64,000 nt of DNA from an uncultured delta proteobacterium (GTDB taxonomy: Bacteria > Desulfobacterota > Binatia > UBA9968): positions 423,678 through 487,677 of the forward strand of contig CAVTUQ010000007.1 of the NCBI GenBank assembly GCA_963737905.1. Reading direction: 5' to 3'. The position numbers and the translations under genes were made by a program. The notes beneath the pieces were generated by a model. The model had not been told where the DNA came from, ran no database searches, and was given only the letters and a program-made list of their open reading frames with translations. How positions within the stretch are numbered: the stretch's first letter is position 1; each line of letters starts with the position of its first letter. This document shows, in pieces, positions 31,235-41,576 of the stretch.

Positions 31235-32308
31235 TTATTGGCCCGGGCGAGCACCTGCCGGCGGAATCGTGAGGCCGATCTGCTTTGCGGTCTTGAGATT
31301 AATCACAAACTCACACTTGATCACTTTATCCGCTCTATAAAGCATAGATTGCGGAATGATGAGACCGATCTGATTGGCAGTCTTCAAATTAATCACCAGC
31401 TCGAACTTCGTCGGCTGCTCGACAGGAAGGTCGGCAGGCTTGGCTCCTTTCAGGATTCTGTCCACGTAATAGGCGACGCGCCGGTAGCTGTCCGCTTCGT
31501 CCGCCCCGTAGGACATGAGCCCGCCGGCCTCTACAGCTTCTCTGCTGCTGAACACCGACGGTAGCCGGCTCTTAAACGCAAAGGCCACGATTCGTTTTTG
31601 GTTAGGACGCATTACCCCGCCCGCGATCGCCGGGTAGAGTCCATCCGGGCGCTGCTTGTTTAGCGCAGCAAAGACTTTCTCGAAATCGTCCACCGCTCGT
31701 ATCTCCCAAGGTTGAATAGTCAACTTTAGCGCACGCGCGTCGGCTGGGAGAATCTCTTTCACCTCGTGTAAACTGCCCGGAATGGCCGGATCGTAGAGAA
31801 CCGCGACACGGAAAAGTTTGGGAACGGCTTCTTTGAGCAGCTCCAGCCGCTTCCCGCCTAGTTCTCTGGTAAGGTTCGTAAGGCCCGTAACGTTGCCGCC
31901 GGGACGAGCAAGGCTTTCAACATGGCCTGCCCTAACAGGATCGGATCCTTGGCCCGTCATAACGATGGGAATCGTCTTGGTTGCATTCTTGGCCGCCCGG
32001 ATCGGTATGTCCCCTGCCGCTACCACGATGATATCAACCTTCAGACGCACCAGCTCGGCCGCAAGCCCAGGCTCCCGATCTGGCGTCCCCTCCGCATATC
32101 GGTACTCGATGGCGATGTTCTGTCCTTCTATGTAGCCAAGCTCGCGCAGAGCTAGCCGAATTCCCTCGGCGCGGGCGGAGTCACTAGCTGGATCGACCGG
32201 CGATAGATACCCTATCCGAGAGACTTTCTTCGGCTGCTGCGCCGACGCAGAATAGCAAAGCGCAAGGAGCATAGCGCAAAGAATCAGGACGATGATTTTT
32301 CTCTTCAT
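31235..32308 (-). CDS. ABC substrate-binding protein (PF04392-like), copy 3, duplicated C-terminus
   Basis: Full-length motifs; FELVINLKTA..RADKVIK is followed by a second EFVINLKTAKQIGLTIPP. Confidence 0.88.
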   Translation of the reverse strand: MKRKIIVLILCAMLLALCYSASAQQPKKVSRIGYLSPVDPASDSARAEGIRLALRELGYIEGQNIAIEYRYAEGTPDREPGLAAELVRLKVDIIVVAAGDIPIRAAKNATKTIPIVMTGQGSDPVRAGHVESLARPGGNVTGLTNLTRELGGKRLELLKEAVPKLFRVAVLYDPAIPGSLHEVKEILPADARALKLTIQPWEIRAVDDFEKVFAALNKQRPDGLYPAIAGGVMRPNQKRIVAFAFKSRLPSVFSSREAVEAGGLMSYGADEADSYRRVAYYVDRILKGAKPADLPVEQPTKFELVINLKTANQIGLIIPQSMLYRADKVIKCEFVINLKTAKQIGLTIPPAGARPGQ

Positions 32309-32489
32309 ATTTCTCTCTGCTCTCTCCACTCGTCACTCCACCCTCGACACTCGCCCCTTCTCCCTTGATTCATTGCGCACCTCGTTTCGAGCGTTATGTA
32401 TCACGCGGATAGAGATAAAGGAAAGTGTGATTTACACGGCGGAAGGCGACGGGTTTCAGCCTAACGCAGAACAGTAGCGCTCAACATGG

Positions 32490-32530
32490 GGTTCTGGCGG
32501 CGCGCGCTGACTCCATGCGCCGCCAGAGCC
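32490..32530 (-). terminator. hairpin downstream of the GYD genes
   Basis: GGTTCTGGCGGCGC...GCGCCGCCAGAGCC. Confidence 0.45.
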
Positions 32531-32578
32531 GTCGGGTGAAGAAGCTTTTCCTCCGGGAAAAAATCTGCAAGCCGAGGC

Positions 32579-32908
32579 TTATTTCCCTGGCACGGGAATG
32601 CCCTTGCTCTTTGCCGCTAGCTTATCCAGCTCTTCCGGAGTAAATATTCTCCTGGCAGTCAACGTAATCCCCGCAGTCCTGCCGGCGAGAGCGATAACCC
32701 CAAGGGCGTCGGCTCCACCTGCTGGCATCTCGACTATGGCGAAAGCGTCCGGCCCATCGTTCTGTGGACTAAAATACAAACTCTCCAAGCGCGCCTCCTG
32801 TTGTTTAAGGAGCTCTTGAACAGCAGCCGCTCTCTTGGTGCCGCCATCCTCGATAAGTCGCTTTGCGGCCTCTTGGTTGAAAGTAACCTGCAATAAAAAC
32901 TTAGGCAT
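32579..32908 (-). CDS. GYD domain protein
   Basis: MPKFLLQVTF..GGTKRAAAV..LESLYF..D.F.IVEMP; GGAGG RBS. Confidence 0.75.
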   Translation of the reverse strand: MPKFLLQVTFNQEAAKRLIEDGGTKRAAAVQELLKQQEARLESLYFSPQNDGPDAFAIVEMPAGGADALGVIALAGRTAGITLTARRIFTPEELDKLAAKSKGIPVPGK

Positions 32909-33029
32909 AAAACCTCCACTATTTTGCGCGTGCCTATCTTTCTCCTACTCTCCTTCCCCGCCTTCTCTCGCTCGTGAGGAGTTTAAAGACCCTGCAAAAT
33001 GTTCAGGTCGGCGCTTACTCAACTAACCA

Positions 33030-33314
33030 CTAAACCATCTTCCGCATCTCGTCGATCGAGAAAGCCCGGATAAATTTCATTTTCACGTTGCCTAACGACT
33101 GGACGCTCGACATGAACTTATGGATAGGCTCCGGGCCCTCCGCTTCGATGACAATTGCAGCATCATGTGGCCCGCCCGGCGTGAAGAACAGCTCTTTGAC
33201 CTGGACGCCCAGCTTCGCCGCCTCAGCCTTGGACGCCTCGGCTCTATTGGGCGAGTCTTTGATGCCCCGTCGGCCTTGATCTGTCAAATCAACTAAAATA
33301 ACTCCCTTAACCAT
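33030..33314 (-). CDS. GYD domain protein
   Basis: LTDQGRRGIKDSPNRA..GPHDAAIVIEA..SLGNVK..RAF. Confidence 0.85.
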   Translation of the reverse strand: MVKGVILVDLTDQGRRGIKDSPNRAEASKAEAAKLGVQVKELFFTPGGPHDAAIVIEAEGPEPIHKFMSSVQSLGNVKMKFIRAFSIDEMRKMV

Positions 33315-33583
33315 AAGGCACCTCCTTTGAATTTATTGCGACTCTCTCTTTCAATTATGAGCGATATGGAAACTGAAATGCATTGCTAATGTGCCGGATT
33401 GACTTGATGAACAACTCTGTTGAAAATCTGCAACATCTTACCGTCTCTTCTAGCGATATCTCATAGCACATCACCTCCTTTGTATTGCCAGGCGATTTGC
33501 TCCTCGGAAAAAGGCAGTTAAAAACCAGTACCCCTGGCGATAAATCGCGCAGTCGTAGGAGAAAACAATTCACTGAAATCAGC

Positions 33584-34123
33584 CTATTTCTTATCTAGCA
33601 TTGCTGATGCACCGCTTGGCCTTGGATCCTGATTCAAGTGTTTAAGCTCCAGCCCTGCTATAAGGTGCGTCTGGCGGAGTTGGAAATAGCACACCATCGC
33701 AGTTGCTGCCAGGAGGTTTCCGAGCATTACTGCTGGCCAGGCTAGCTGATCAAGAACCGGCTCAGCAAAAACGAACACTGTGCCGACAAATCCAAATTCC
33801 AGAAGCGCAAAAAGGAATATGCAAAAGCCAAGATTGGGATTCTTTCCAGTCAAAAATAGGAGATACGCTGCAATCTCACCCAGCATCACGAAGGCCAACA
33901 CATGAACCCAGGTGTACATAAGAGTCAGGTTCAAAGAGAGCTGCACTGCCTCAGTCGAGGCAAGATCTTCTGGCCCCAGGAAAAGCGCGGTTCCCAGGAC
34001 AGTAGGCGCGTAAAAAGGTAGGCCCCTGACTGTGTCCAGGAATAGGAACCAAATGGCAATGACTGCCGCGCCGATGATGCCAGCGATAAGACCGTCCAAA
34101 TAGACCGTCATCCGGCCCTTCAT
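33584..34123 (-). CDS. four-TM hypothetical membrane protein
   Basis: GLIAGIIGAAVIAIWFLFLD..P.VLG; AGGAGG RBS. Confidence 0.75.
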   Translation of the reverse strand: MKGRMTVYLDGLIAGIIGAAVIAIWFLFLDTVRGLPFYAPTVLGTALFLGPEDLASTEAVQLSLNLTLMYTWVHVLAFVMLGEIAAYLLFLTGKNPNLGFCIFLFALLEFGFVGTVFVFAEPVLDQLAWPAVMLGNLLAATAMVCYFQLRQTHLIAGLELKHLNQDPRPSGASAMLDKK

Positions 34124-34140
34124 TTTTCACCTCCTTTTTT

Positions 34141-34530
34141 TGGATCTTCAGGCTTCCGTATGGTTACCCGGGCAATGCTATTTCAGCGTAGGAACTCGGA
34201 GATTGCACCGCGGAGGCGCGGAGGGCACCGAGTAAAGAGTTTTTGATCAAAAATACTCCGAACTCTGCGAACTCTGTACTGCTATGCTTGAAAAGCTTGC
34301 GCGGCTCGCGCAAACTTTCTGGTATCTGGAATACTCGAACACGGGAACTGACTCCCGCCAAGCCGCAAAGCACGCCAAGTTCGGAGGAAGGAGATGAATT
34401 ATCTTGAAGAATTTTTTCACCGTTATTTTCCGACCTTTGCGGCCTTTGCGTCTTTGCGCGAGATAATCCGAGTTTCGGTTGCGGCTGTGCCTGTGGTGAA
34501 TATTCTTTCACAGTAAACCCGGAAGAACCT
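34141..34530. mobile_element. MITE/REP-like element (copy 2) with a nested insertion of about 210 bp
   Basis: Homologous to 19517-19674; TIR-like GGATCTTCAGGCTT / AAACCCGGAAGAACC; insertion about 34279-34488 bounded by CTGT. Confidence 0.7.
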
Positions 34531-34655
34531 TTTTGTGGCCCGTCCCCCACATGAGCCAGCAATTGAGAAAAGAAAAAGCCCAGCTTTGCTGGCTTTAAAC
34601 ACTGAGTTGAGATGCAAGCATCAGCTTATCGTGCAGCCGGTTCTGAAGTAGATCG

Positions 34656-34671
34656 AGCAACGATTGTGCCA
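34656..34671 (-). promoter_or_regulatory. sigma54 promoter
   Basis: Reverse complement TGGCACAATCGTTGCT = consensus TGGCAC-N5-TTGC, pointing to gene 33584-34123. Confidence 0.65.
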
Positions 34672-35020
34672 TCCGACAATTGAAAACCGGACGTGCTATT
34701 CCTCAGCGAATTCAAACTATAAGCAGTCGCCCAGAAAGAACCGGAGCGAAGTTGGTCCCGAATGGAGGGTTCAAACAGATACGGGGGGAGTGTAGAAAGA
34801 GAGACATCTCCAGCGGAGAAAAATTACAAGTGTTAGACGCCGGTCCCTTTTGGCTGCGTTGTTCATCGCTTGTTCACTTATGCAAGCCTGGCTTCGACTA
34901 TCTTCTCTCTTAAAGGCTGTTTACCTGCTCGATTGAAATACCAAGCCGTCGTGAGGCATTGCCGGCCGCAATGTCAGGTAACGTCACATCGGTTTGAAGG
35001 TCGAGCCAACGAATCAAGCA

Positions 35021-36469
35021 TCAAACCTTCCGCATCGCGAATGCCGGTGGATTTATTTGTTCGACGGTTCTCCCCGCCCAGTCCCGGCTGGCCCAGTTTT
35101 CCCAAGCGCGATTCGCGCCGGCCTCGGCTTGAGCAAAAAGCTCTTCGTCGTTGATCCGCGTCGATCGTCCTTTCTCGACGACCACTTCTCCATCGACGAT
35201 GACCGTCTCAACATCCGCCCCGCTGCCGTATTCGACCAACGCGTTGATGGGATCGCGCACCGGTCCGTAGCGTGTCGTTCTGAGATCGATAACGACGACG
35301 TCTGCTTTGGCTCCCGGTGCTAACCGTCCCAAATCGTTGCGCCCGAGCGCGGTTGCACCGCCAATCGTCGCGGCATTGAACAAATCACTTGGGCGAGCCC
35401 CCGAGGCATTCTTATCGACAAGGCGGGAGATCAAAGAGGCGTAACGCATTTCAGAAACGATATCTAACGGGTAGGTATCAGTTCCTAAACCGATTCTTAC
35501 ACCTGCCGCCAAATACTGGTCGAATGATTCCATGGCAAAAGCCATCTTGGCGCACTTGTGAGGACAATGGCCAACCGTAGCACTCGAATCTGCGAGCAGC
35601 TTCAATTCATCGCCCCGCGGATAGTCGACGCGGGAGTGGCCACCGGTGATCGCCATGTGGCCGAGTGTTGTGCGTGGCCCAAGAATGCCGGTTTCGGCAA
35701 GATATGCCACTACTGGTTTACGATAGGTGTTCAAGATATGTAAAAACTCGCGGAAATTGCCGCCCGCGTGGATATGAATCGGTACGTCCAATTCCTTTGC
35801 TGCTGCAACGCTTTCTCTCAACAGCGAAGGTTCGCAGGTTTCCGCCTGAGCCGGATTCAGGATTCCCTGCAGCCTGCCGTTGTGCGCGCCGTTGAATTGC
35901 TTGATAAACTCTACCGCCCGTTTGAGACCCGGCCGTCCCTTATCCTCCCGTTCCTCGTAATAGTGTCGCCCTTCACAGTCGGTGAAGATATCGTGACTGC
36001 GGTACGGCGGCCCGAAAAACACTCGTCCCCCCAACTGGCCTACGATGGCCACGTAATCGTCCATCGCGCCGGGGCCCCCACCTGGATCTAGAACGGTAGT
36101 CGCGCCATTTCTGAGCGCGCTGTAGAGCGCATACTTTCTGCCGATCGCCACCGCGGGTGGCGGCGGCGCCTCCACTTTTTCTTTCAGCGGAGCGCCGAAG
36201 ACAAACCAGTTGGCGGCCAAATAATCTTTCTTTGTCACGTCGGCCAAAAGATAATCGCCGACGTTCAACTGCGAATGAACGTGCAGATTGATGAACCCGG
36301 GGCAAACGATCTTTCCCGCGGCATCGATGACTCTGTCGGCAGGTTGTGATTTGTCTGTTCCGACAGACTCGATCGTATCACCATCAATCAGGACGGAGCC
36401 GTTGGTAACAAGCTCATGGCCGGTACCGGACCAACCCACTACGACGCCGCCGTCGATACGAATTTTCAT
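35021..36469 (-). CDS. chlorohydrolase/AtzA-TRZ-like metal-dependent amidohydrolase
   Basis: PGFINLHVH, HIHAG, GH, LGTD, GRLAPGAKAD. Confidence 0.88.
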   Translation of the reverse strand: MKIRIDGGVVVGWSGTGHELVTNGSVLIDGDTIESVGTDKSQPADRVIDAAGKIVCPGFINLHVHSQLNVGDYLLADVTKKDYLAANWFVFGAPLKEKVEAPPPPAVAIGRKYALYSALRNGATTVLDPGGGPGAMDDYVAIVGQLGGRVFFGPPYRSHDIFTDCEGRHYYEEREDKGRPGLKRAVEFIKQFNGAHNGRLQGILNPAQAETCEPSLLRESVAAAKELDVPIHIHAGGNFREFLHILNTYRKPVVAYLAETGILGPRTTLGHMAITGGHSRVDYPRGDELKLLADSSATVGHCPHKCAKMAFAMESFDQYLAAGVRIGLGTDTYPLDIVSEMRYASLISRLVDKNASGARPSDLFNAATIGGATALGRNDLGRLAPGAKADVVVIDLRTTRYGPVRDPINALVEYGSGADVETVIVDGEVVVEKGRSTRINDEELFAQAEAGANRAWENWASRDWAGRTVEQINPPAFAMRKV

Positions 36470-36556
36470 TTTGGTTTCTTTCTTGCCATAAGATCTCAGC
36501 GGTAAACACCCGGAACGATTTGAACGGCTGGAACCGCTTCTTTGATTGCGAGCCTG

Positions 36557-37267
36557 CTAGGTCCCGAGAGGCGGCGTGTCGTCCTCTTTGCCGTGGAGCG
36601 CATACCAGTAAATGCTGTTCATATAACGCCACCGCCGGATGCCCGCCTCTTCCACGGTTTTGAGAGCGAGCGCTTGCAACTCCGGAGTATCGGCATATTT
36701 CTCGACGATTGCGAAACCTTTCGATCCGTGAACTTCGTCAGCATGGATGTGCTCTTCGAAGAATCGGGTCTCTCTCGCGCCGGGTTCGTGGCCGTAGTAT
36801 TTGTGCAGTGCGGGAACGATCTTCTTGCAGATATCCAAAAACTGGGACTCTAAACCGATGAACATGCCCGCCAGGGCCGCTTGCCAGGGGGTTTGGTAGA
36901 CCAACCGCCAGCCCCAATTTTGTAATTGATCGGTGCCGCCCAGCACGATGGACCCTTCGACGCTGTCCCGGTTCACGCCGCAGGCAGCCACGTAATCCTT
37001 GAGCATGTCGAGATGGCGATCTTCGGGGTTCTCTTCATCGCCGAGATTTTCAAACAGATAGGCCTTTACGTCCCGTTGAGGGATCTGGGACGCCTCATAG
37101 GCCATCCAATTCAAATACTCGACGACGTAGTGAAAATGCTGGGCGCAGTAGAAAGCGGTCTGCTCCTTGGTCAGCTTCCCCTGCGCCCACAGCTCGAAGA
37201 AGGGATGATCCTTGCTATGTTTCTTATTGCGAGTTGTGACTAGCTGGTCGTGAAAACCAGTTCCCAT
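36557..37267 (-). CDS. CADD/PqqC/TenA heme-oxygenase-like di-iron protein
   Basis: HPFF..GKL, ENLGDEE..H, GLESQ, FFEEHIHADEVH. Confidence 0.85.
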   Translation of the reverse strand: MGTGFHDQLVTTRNKKHSKDHPFFELWAQGKLTKEQTAFYCAQHFHYVVEYLNWMAYEASQIPQRDVKAYLFENLGDEENPEDRHLDMLKDYVAACGVNRDSVEGSIVLGGTDQLQNWGWRLVYQTPWQAALAGMFIGLESQFLDICKKIVPALHKYYGHEPGARETRFFEEHIHADEVHGSKGFAIVEKYADTPELQALALKTVEEAGIRRWRYMNSIYWYALHGKEDDTPPLGT

Positions 37268-37280
37268 AACCGATTGGGTA

Positions 37281-37360
37281 GTTCAAGGTTCAATGTTCCA
37301 GGTTCAACGTCGGCTCACTTATAGCCGATCCTTTGAACATTAAACGTTGAACTTTGAACC
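37281..37360. repeat. inverted pair of 7-bp GTTCAAN / NTTGAAC arrays
   Basis: GTTCAAG GTTCAAT GTTCCAG GTTCAAC ... TTTGAAC ATTAAAC GTTGAAC TTTGAAC. Confidence 0.8.
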
Positions 37361-37367
37361 TACTATT

Positions 37368-39104
37368 CTAACCCTCTCCCCGTTGGACGATTTCTTCCAC
37401 CGGCTTCAGGCGAACATCGATGAGCGCGGATTGCCCCGCTGCCACGGCTTTGAGCCCTCGCTCGACGGCTTTGCGCACCTCACCTGGTTCTTCAACTCTT
37501 TCGCCGTAGCCGTCAAAGGCTTTGATGATCGTCGAATACTCCGGACAAGGAACGATATGGAGTCCCGAAAAGTTGTTGGACTTGACCGCCCAGCCATCGG
37601 GATAGTATCTCGGAATCCCCGACTTTTGAGAGAGATAGCCTTGGTTATTAAACATTATGGTTAGGAACGGCAGGTTGTGCTCCTGCGCCGCTCCATAGGC
37701 CGCCGGCGCGGGATCGTAACTAAAAGAGCCGTCGCCGATCAGACAGATCACCGGACGCTTGGGATTGGCGGCCTTCACGCCCAACGCGGTGGCCAAACCC
37801 GTTCCCAAACCACCGATGCAACCGGCGAAGAAAGATCCTGGCTTGAGCTTGTCTAGGTAACGGTGAATGGCCAAACGATGAGTAATGGTCTCTTCCACCA
37901 CCATAGCGTCCGCGGGCAACACCTGGCTGATTTCGTGGGCTACCCAACGGGTATCCATCGGCTTTTGATTGGCAAGGGCTTGCGCTTCCTCGCGCCATTT
38001 TTTCCGGCGCGCTTCGTTTTTGGCCTTGAGTTCCTCGGCGCGGCGGCTCCGCGCAGCATCCCCCTTGGACACTCGCTTTTTGAGAGCGGCGAGCAGATGC
38101 TCCAAGGAAGACTCGACCTCACCCGCCAGGCAGAGATCCACTTGATAGCCGTAGTAAGGCAGTTCGGCTCGATGCGGGTTTTCGTCGAGCGCCGCGACCT
38201 TGGCGCCCGGCGATGGGGTAATCGATGCCGGATGCCACGGCGCTATAACCGCCAGAAGAAAAATCACATCGCTTCCCTGGACGACTTCCCGTGGATCGAA
38301 GCCGCTGTGAAGCGGATGCGTCCTTGGAAGGTTGATCGCTCCGGTGCTCCGTGTTTCGACCACGGGACAACCGAGCAATTCGGCGATCTCTACCAGACAC
38401 TCCACACCCTTGGCCGTCCGTCCGGAGTCCTCCGTAACAATCACCGGGTTCTTCGCCCCAGCCAACATATCCGCCAGCTCTTCGATGCCCTTCGGGTCGG
38501 CGGTCGCCAGCGGCGCGGCACCCAGATCCGACGGCACATCCTTGGTCATCGTCTCGAACAGATATTCCATGGGCATCGAGAGGAAAACAGGGCCCCGTGG
38601 ACCCGCCATTGCGAGGCGACACGCCCTCTGAATCGTTGCCGGAAGAATCGACTTGGTATTAATCCCAAAACTCCACTTGACCGTATGGTCTACGAGTTTG
38701 GCCGGACCGCCCATGTCTCCGAGATGGCTTCCCCATTGTCCCCCAGGATCGGGCCCCTCGTCTTCGCCAAAACCGATGGACTCCCCGGCAAAGACAACCA
38801 TCGGGACTTGCTCGTGCAGGGCACCGCGCATCGCCATGGTCGCGTGGAGCGCGCCGACGGTGGTGTGAATTACCACCGCAGGCAATTTGCCTGTTGACTT
38901 TGCGTAGCCGCTCGCCATGCCGACGGCGATTTCCTCATGGCGCGTGCTCATATAAATCGGCATGCCTTCCACGCCGGGTTCCGCCAGCGCTTCCCACAAG
39001 GGTGACCATTCAGACCCCGGCGATGCGAAGATCCGCTCCACACCCATTTTGCCCAAAACACGCAGCATGGTCTGGGCACCTGACAATCCTTTGGTTTGAA
39101 TCAT
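37368..39104 (-). CDS. thiamine-pyrophosphate-dependent enzyme (benzoylformate decarboxylase/acetolactate synthase-like)
   Basis: PGSE, RHEEIAVGMASGYA, GDGSF..NN TPP motif. Confidence 0.92.
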   Translation of the reverse strand: MIQTKGLSGAQTMLRVLGKMGVERIFASPGSEWSPLWEALAEPGVEGMPIYMSTRHEEIAVGMASGYAKSTGKLPAVVIHTTVGALHATMAMRGALHEQVPMVVFAGESIGFGEDEGPDPGGQWGSHLGDMGGPAKLVDHTVKWSFGINTKSILPATIQRACRLAMAGPRGPVFLSMPMEYLFETMTKDVPSDLGAAPLATADPKGIEELADMLAGAKNPVIVTEDSGRTAKGVECLVEIAELLGCPVVETRSTGAINLPRTHPLHSGFDPREVVQGSDVIFLLAVIAPWHPASITPSPGAKVAALDENPHRAELPYYGYQVDLCLAGEVESSLEHLLAALKKRVSKGDAARSRRAEELKAKNEARRKKWREEAQALANQKPMDTRWVAHEISQVLPADAMVVEETITHRLAIHRYLDKLKPGSFFAGCIGGLGTGLATALGVKAANPKRPVICLIGDGSFSYDPAPAAYGAAQEHNLPFLTIMFNNQGYLSQKSGIPRYYPDGWAVKSNNFSGLHIVPCPEYSTIIKAFDGYGERVEEPGEVRKAVERGLKAVAAGQSALIDVRLKPVEEIVQRGEG

Positions 39105-39249
39105 TTAAAACTCCTTAATCAATTGTTAGTTATAAATCGCGTTTTGCAATATGAGAATGACCCGTCATATTATCTGTCGTCCTGAGTAGCTGACGACGAG
39201 GAATAATTTTGGTGTTGCATGGACCGCGTCGCACACGAAATCCTCGTCG

Positions 39250-40269
39250 TCAACTCAAGCTGTAGAACCGTTTGGCGTTATTGAGCAGCAGGTCCTTTTT
39301 TGCCTCCAGTGAAATATCATCTCGATTCCAGAGGATTGACGCCGATTCCGGCCAACTCATATCCCAGTGCGGATAATCCGAAGCGTACATCAGCGTCTTC
39401 GAACCGATTTCTTTGACCACGTAGCTGATCATCTTCTCTTCCGGCTCGCAACCGTAGTAGATATTTTCACTGGACAAGTATTCGCTCGGTTTCTTCTTGC
39501 AAAGCGGCGCCTCGACTTTGCCGCGTTTTTCCCACTCTTCATCCATACGCTCCGCCCAGTAGGGCAGCCAGCCGCAGCCGACTTCGAGGTAACCGATCTT
39601 GAGCTTGGGAAACAGCTCCGGGATGCCGCCAAAAATCATCGCAGTCAGTTGGCGCAGAACCGGGAAAGGATGACCTGTCGTATGCAAACAGATAAACGAA
39701 TCGAATACCTCGCTCCCGGGCTCGTCACCGCCAAAGGCATGCACGGTGACGGGCGTGTTGAGCCTCTGGGCTTCCTCATACAGAGGGTAAAACTCCGGGC
39801 TGCCAAGATTTTTTCTATGCGCTTGGGCTACCAGCATGCTGCCGCACAAGCCCAGTTTGGTCACCGCGCGATTGAGCTCTTTGGCGCATTCCGCCGGATT
39901 ATTCACCGGCAAATTTGCCACCGCTTTTAGGCGCGGCGATGCTTTGCAATAGTCAGAGATAAAATCGTTATACGCCCGGCAGAGCGCGGTCTGGAATTGC
40001 GAGTCCCGAACTCGGCCGACGCCGAGACCGCTGGTGGGAAACATCACGGCGGTATGGATCTGTTGCACGTCCATCGCGGCCAAACGGTCTTCGACCTTGG
40101 CGCCGGACTGGCCGAGGGTACCACCGAGATTGCGGTCGTAATGCTCACTGGGAATAAATGATGCGCGCTGATTGCGATAGGGCTCGGGCAAATAGGGTCT
40201 AATATCGTTGTCGAAATCCCGCGCATGAGCATCGGAATCCAATACTTTGATTGCATCGCGTAAATCCAT
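39250..40269 (-). CDS. amidohydrolase_2 family protein
   Basis: LDSDAH, VTVH, LEVGCGW, ASDYPHWD. Confidence 0.92.
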   Translation of the reverse strand: MDLRDAIKVLDSDAHARDFDNDIRPYLPEPYRNQRASFIPSEHYDRNLGGTLGQSGAKVEDRLAAMDVQQIHTAVMFPTSGLGVGRVRDSQFQTALCRAYNDFISDYCKASPRLKAVANLPVNNPAECAKELNRAVTKLGLCGSMLVAQAHRKNLGSPEFYPLYEEAQRLNTPVTVHAFGGDEPGSEVFDSFICLHTTGHPFPVLRQLTAMIFGGIPELFPKLKIGYLEVGCGWLPYWAERMDEEWEKRGKVEAPLCKKKPSEYLSSENIYYGCEPEEKMISYVVKEIGSKTLMYASDYPHWDMSWPESASILWNRDDISLEAKKDLLLNNAKRFYSLS

Positions 40270-40315
40270 AATTTTCTCCTCGGTTGTTCCACCTTCAAGT
40301 CAAGGTTTTTCGGAA

Positions 40316-40370
40316 TCCCCCTCTTCCATCTCCCCGCCGCTTCCCGCCGCGTGGGAGAGAAGAGAGGGGC
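40316..40370. repeat. REP-like CCCCTCT..CTCCC / GGGAGAG..AGAGGGG palindrome
   Basis: Intergenic imperfect inverted repeat. Confidence 0.5.
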
Positions 40371-40419
40371 TACTGCACAAGTCGACGAATGCTAAGCGTT
40401 CGCCGCCACAGCTTCGCCG

Positions 40420-41559
40420 TTACTCGGTAACTTCCGCCGCCGAAGCGGGGATATTCAAATTGTACAGTCTCGTGACGTTGGTATTCAGCAACTTCGCGCG
40501 GTCGGCCGCTGCCAAATGGCCCATGTCACGCGCGATAACGTCGCGAGAGTGCGGCCAGGTCGAGTTCTGGTGCGGATAATCGTTCGACCACATGCAGTTG
40601 TCACTACCCCACCACGTGAACAGCCGTCCGCCGACATGGTCATTGAAGAAAGTGGCGTAGAGTTGCCGCTGGAAATATTCGCTCGGCGGTTTATCGATGG
40701 AAAGTTTTTCGGCGTGGCGATGGCGCCTGAAGGATTTGTCACACTGCCCTAGCCAAAACGGCATCCAGCCCACTTCGTTCTCAACGGAAACGATTTTAAG
40801 CTTGGGATAGCGCTCGAGAACTCCGGAAAAGATCATATCGAACAGAGCGTCTTCTATCTCTCGGGTCTGATTCACACTGTTACGATACCGGGTTATCCCT
40901 TTGGCCGACCCGCGATTCATGCTGGCACCGAAACCCGTAAGGATATGGAGGTGGATAGGCATATCCAACGCTTGAGACGCCGCCCAGAAGCGTTCATAGT
41001 GCTCCGATGTAAAGGGCAACTTCGGGTCTGGCACTTGCCAGATCATGGTTCCGACCATCCCCGCTTTCTTGCAGCGCTCCGTCTCGGCGATAGCGTGGTC
41101 GATGTCGTACATGGAAACAAGCGCGATGCCGAACAAGCGATCCGGTACTTTCTGGCAGTAATCAATCAGCCAGTCGTTGTAGGTTCGAAACAAAGCTTCC
41201 TGGAGGGCTGCATCTTCAACGCAATACAAGCCCAGTCCCAAACTGGGATAGAGCACTTCGGCGGAGACGCCGTCCGTTTCCATGTCCTTCATGCGCACGA
41301 TGGGGTCCCAACCACCGGGACGCGCTACGGAGAATCCGGCCCTGCGAAAATTCTCCAAATTGTCCGGCCGCTGCCCAGCCATGAACAAGCCGCCGACGGC
41401 TTGCGGGATCACTTCCTCGGAGCCGAAAAGCCAGGCGTCTTTCTTTTCGTCGAAATAGACTTTTGGTGCCCGCGCCTGGAGGGTCTGAGGCATACCCTTC
41501 TCCCAGAGGTCGGGAACCTCGATAACGTGAGAATCTGCCGAGATTATTAATTCTTCCAT
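40420..41559 (-). CDS. amidohydrolase_2 family protein
   Basis: ISADSHVIE, HLH, ENEVGW, WSNDYPHQNSTWP. Confidence 0.92.
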   Translation of the reverse strand: MEELIISADSHVIEVPDLWEKGMPQTLQARAPKVYFDEKKDAWLFGSEEVIPQAVGGLFMAGQRPDNLENFRRAGFSVARPGGWDPIVRMKDMETDGVSAEVLYPSLGLGLYCVEDAALQEALFRTYNDWLIDYCQKVPDRLFGIALVSMYDIDHAIAETERCKKAGMVGTMIWQVPDPKLPFTSEHYERFWAASQALDMPIHLHILTGFGASMNRGSAKGITRYRNSVNQTREIEDALFDMIFSGVLERYPKLKIVSVENEVGWMPFWLGQCDKSFRRHRHAEKLSIDKPPSEYFQRQLYATFFNDHVGGRLFTWWGSDNCMWSNDYPHQNSTWPHSRDVIARDMGHLAAADRAKLLNTNVTRLYNLNIPASAAEVTE

Positions 41560-41576
41560 GGCTCCTCCTTTTTTCG

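Noticed and set aside
39188-39255. Inverted repeat TGACGACGAGGA / TCCTCGTCGTCA
   Set aside because: Single copy with a long loop at a gene end; probably a terminator or REP remnant, not enough to call.
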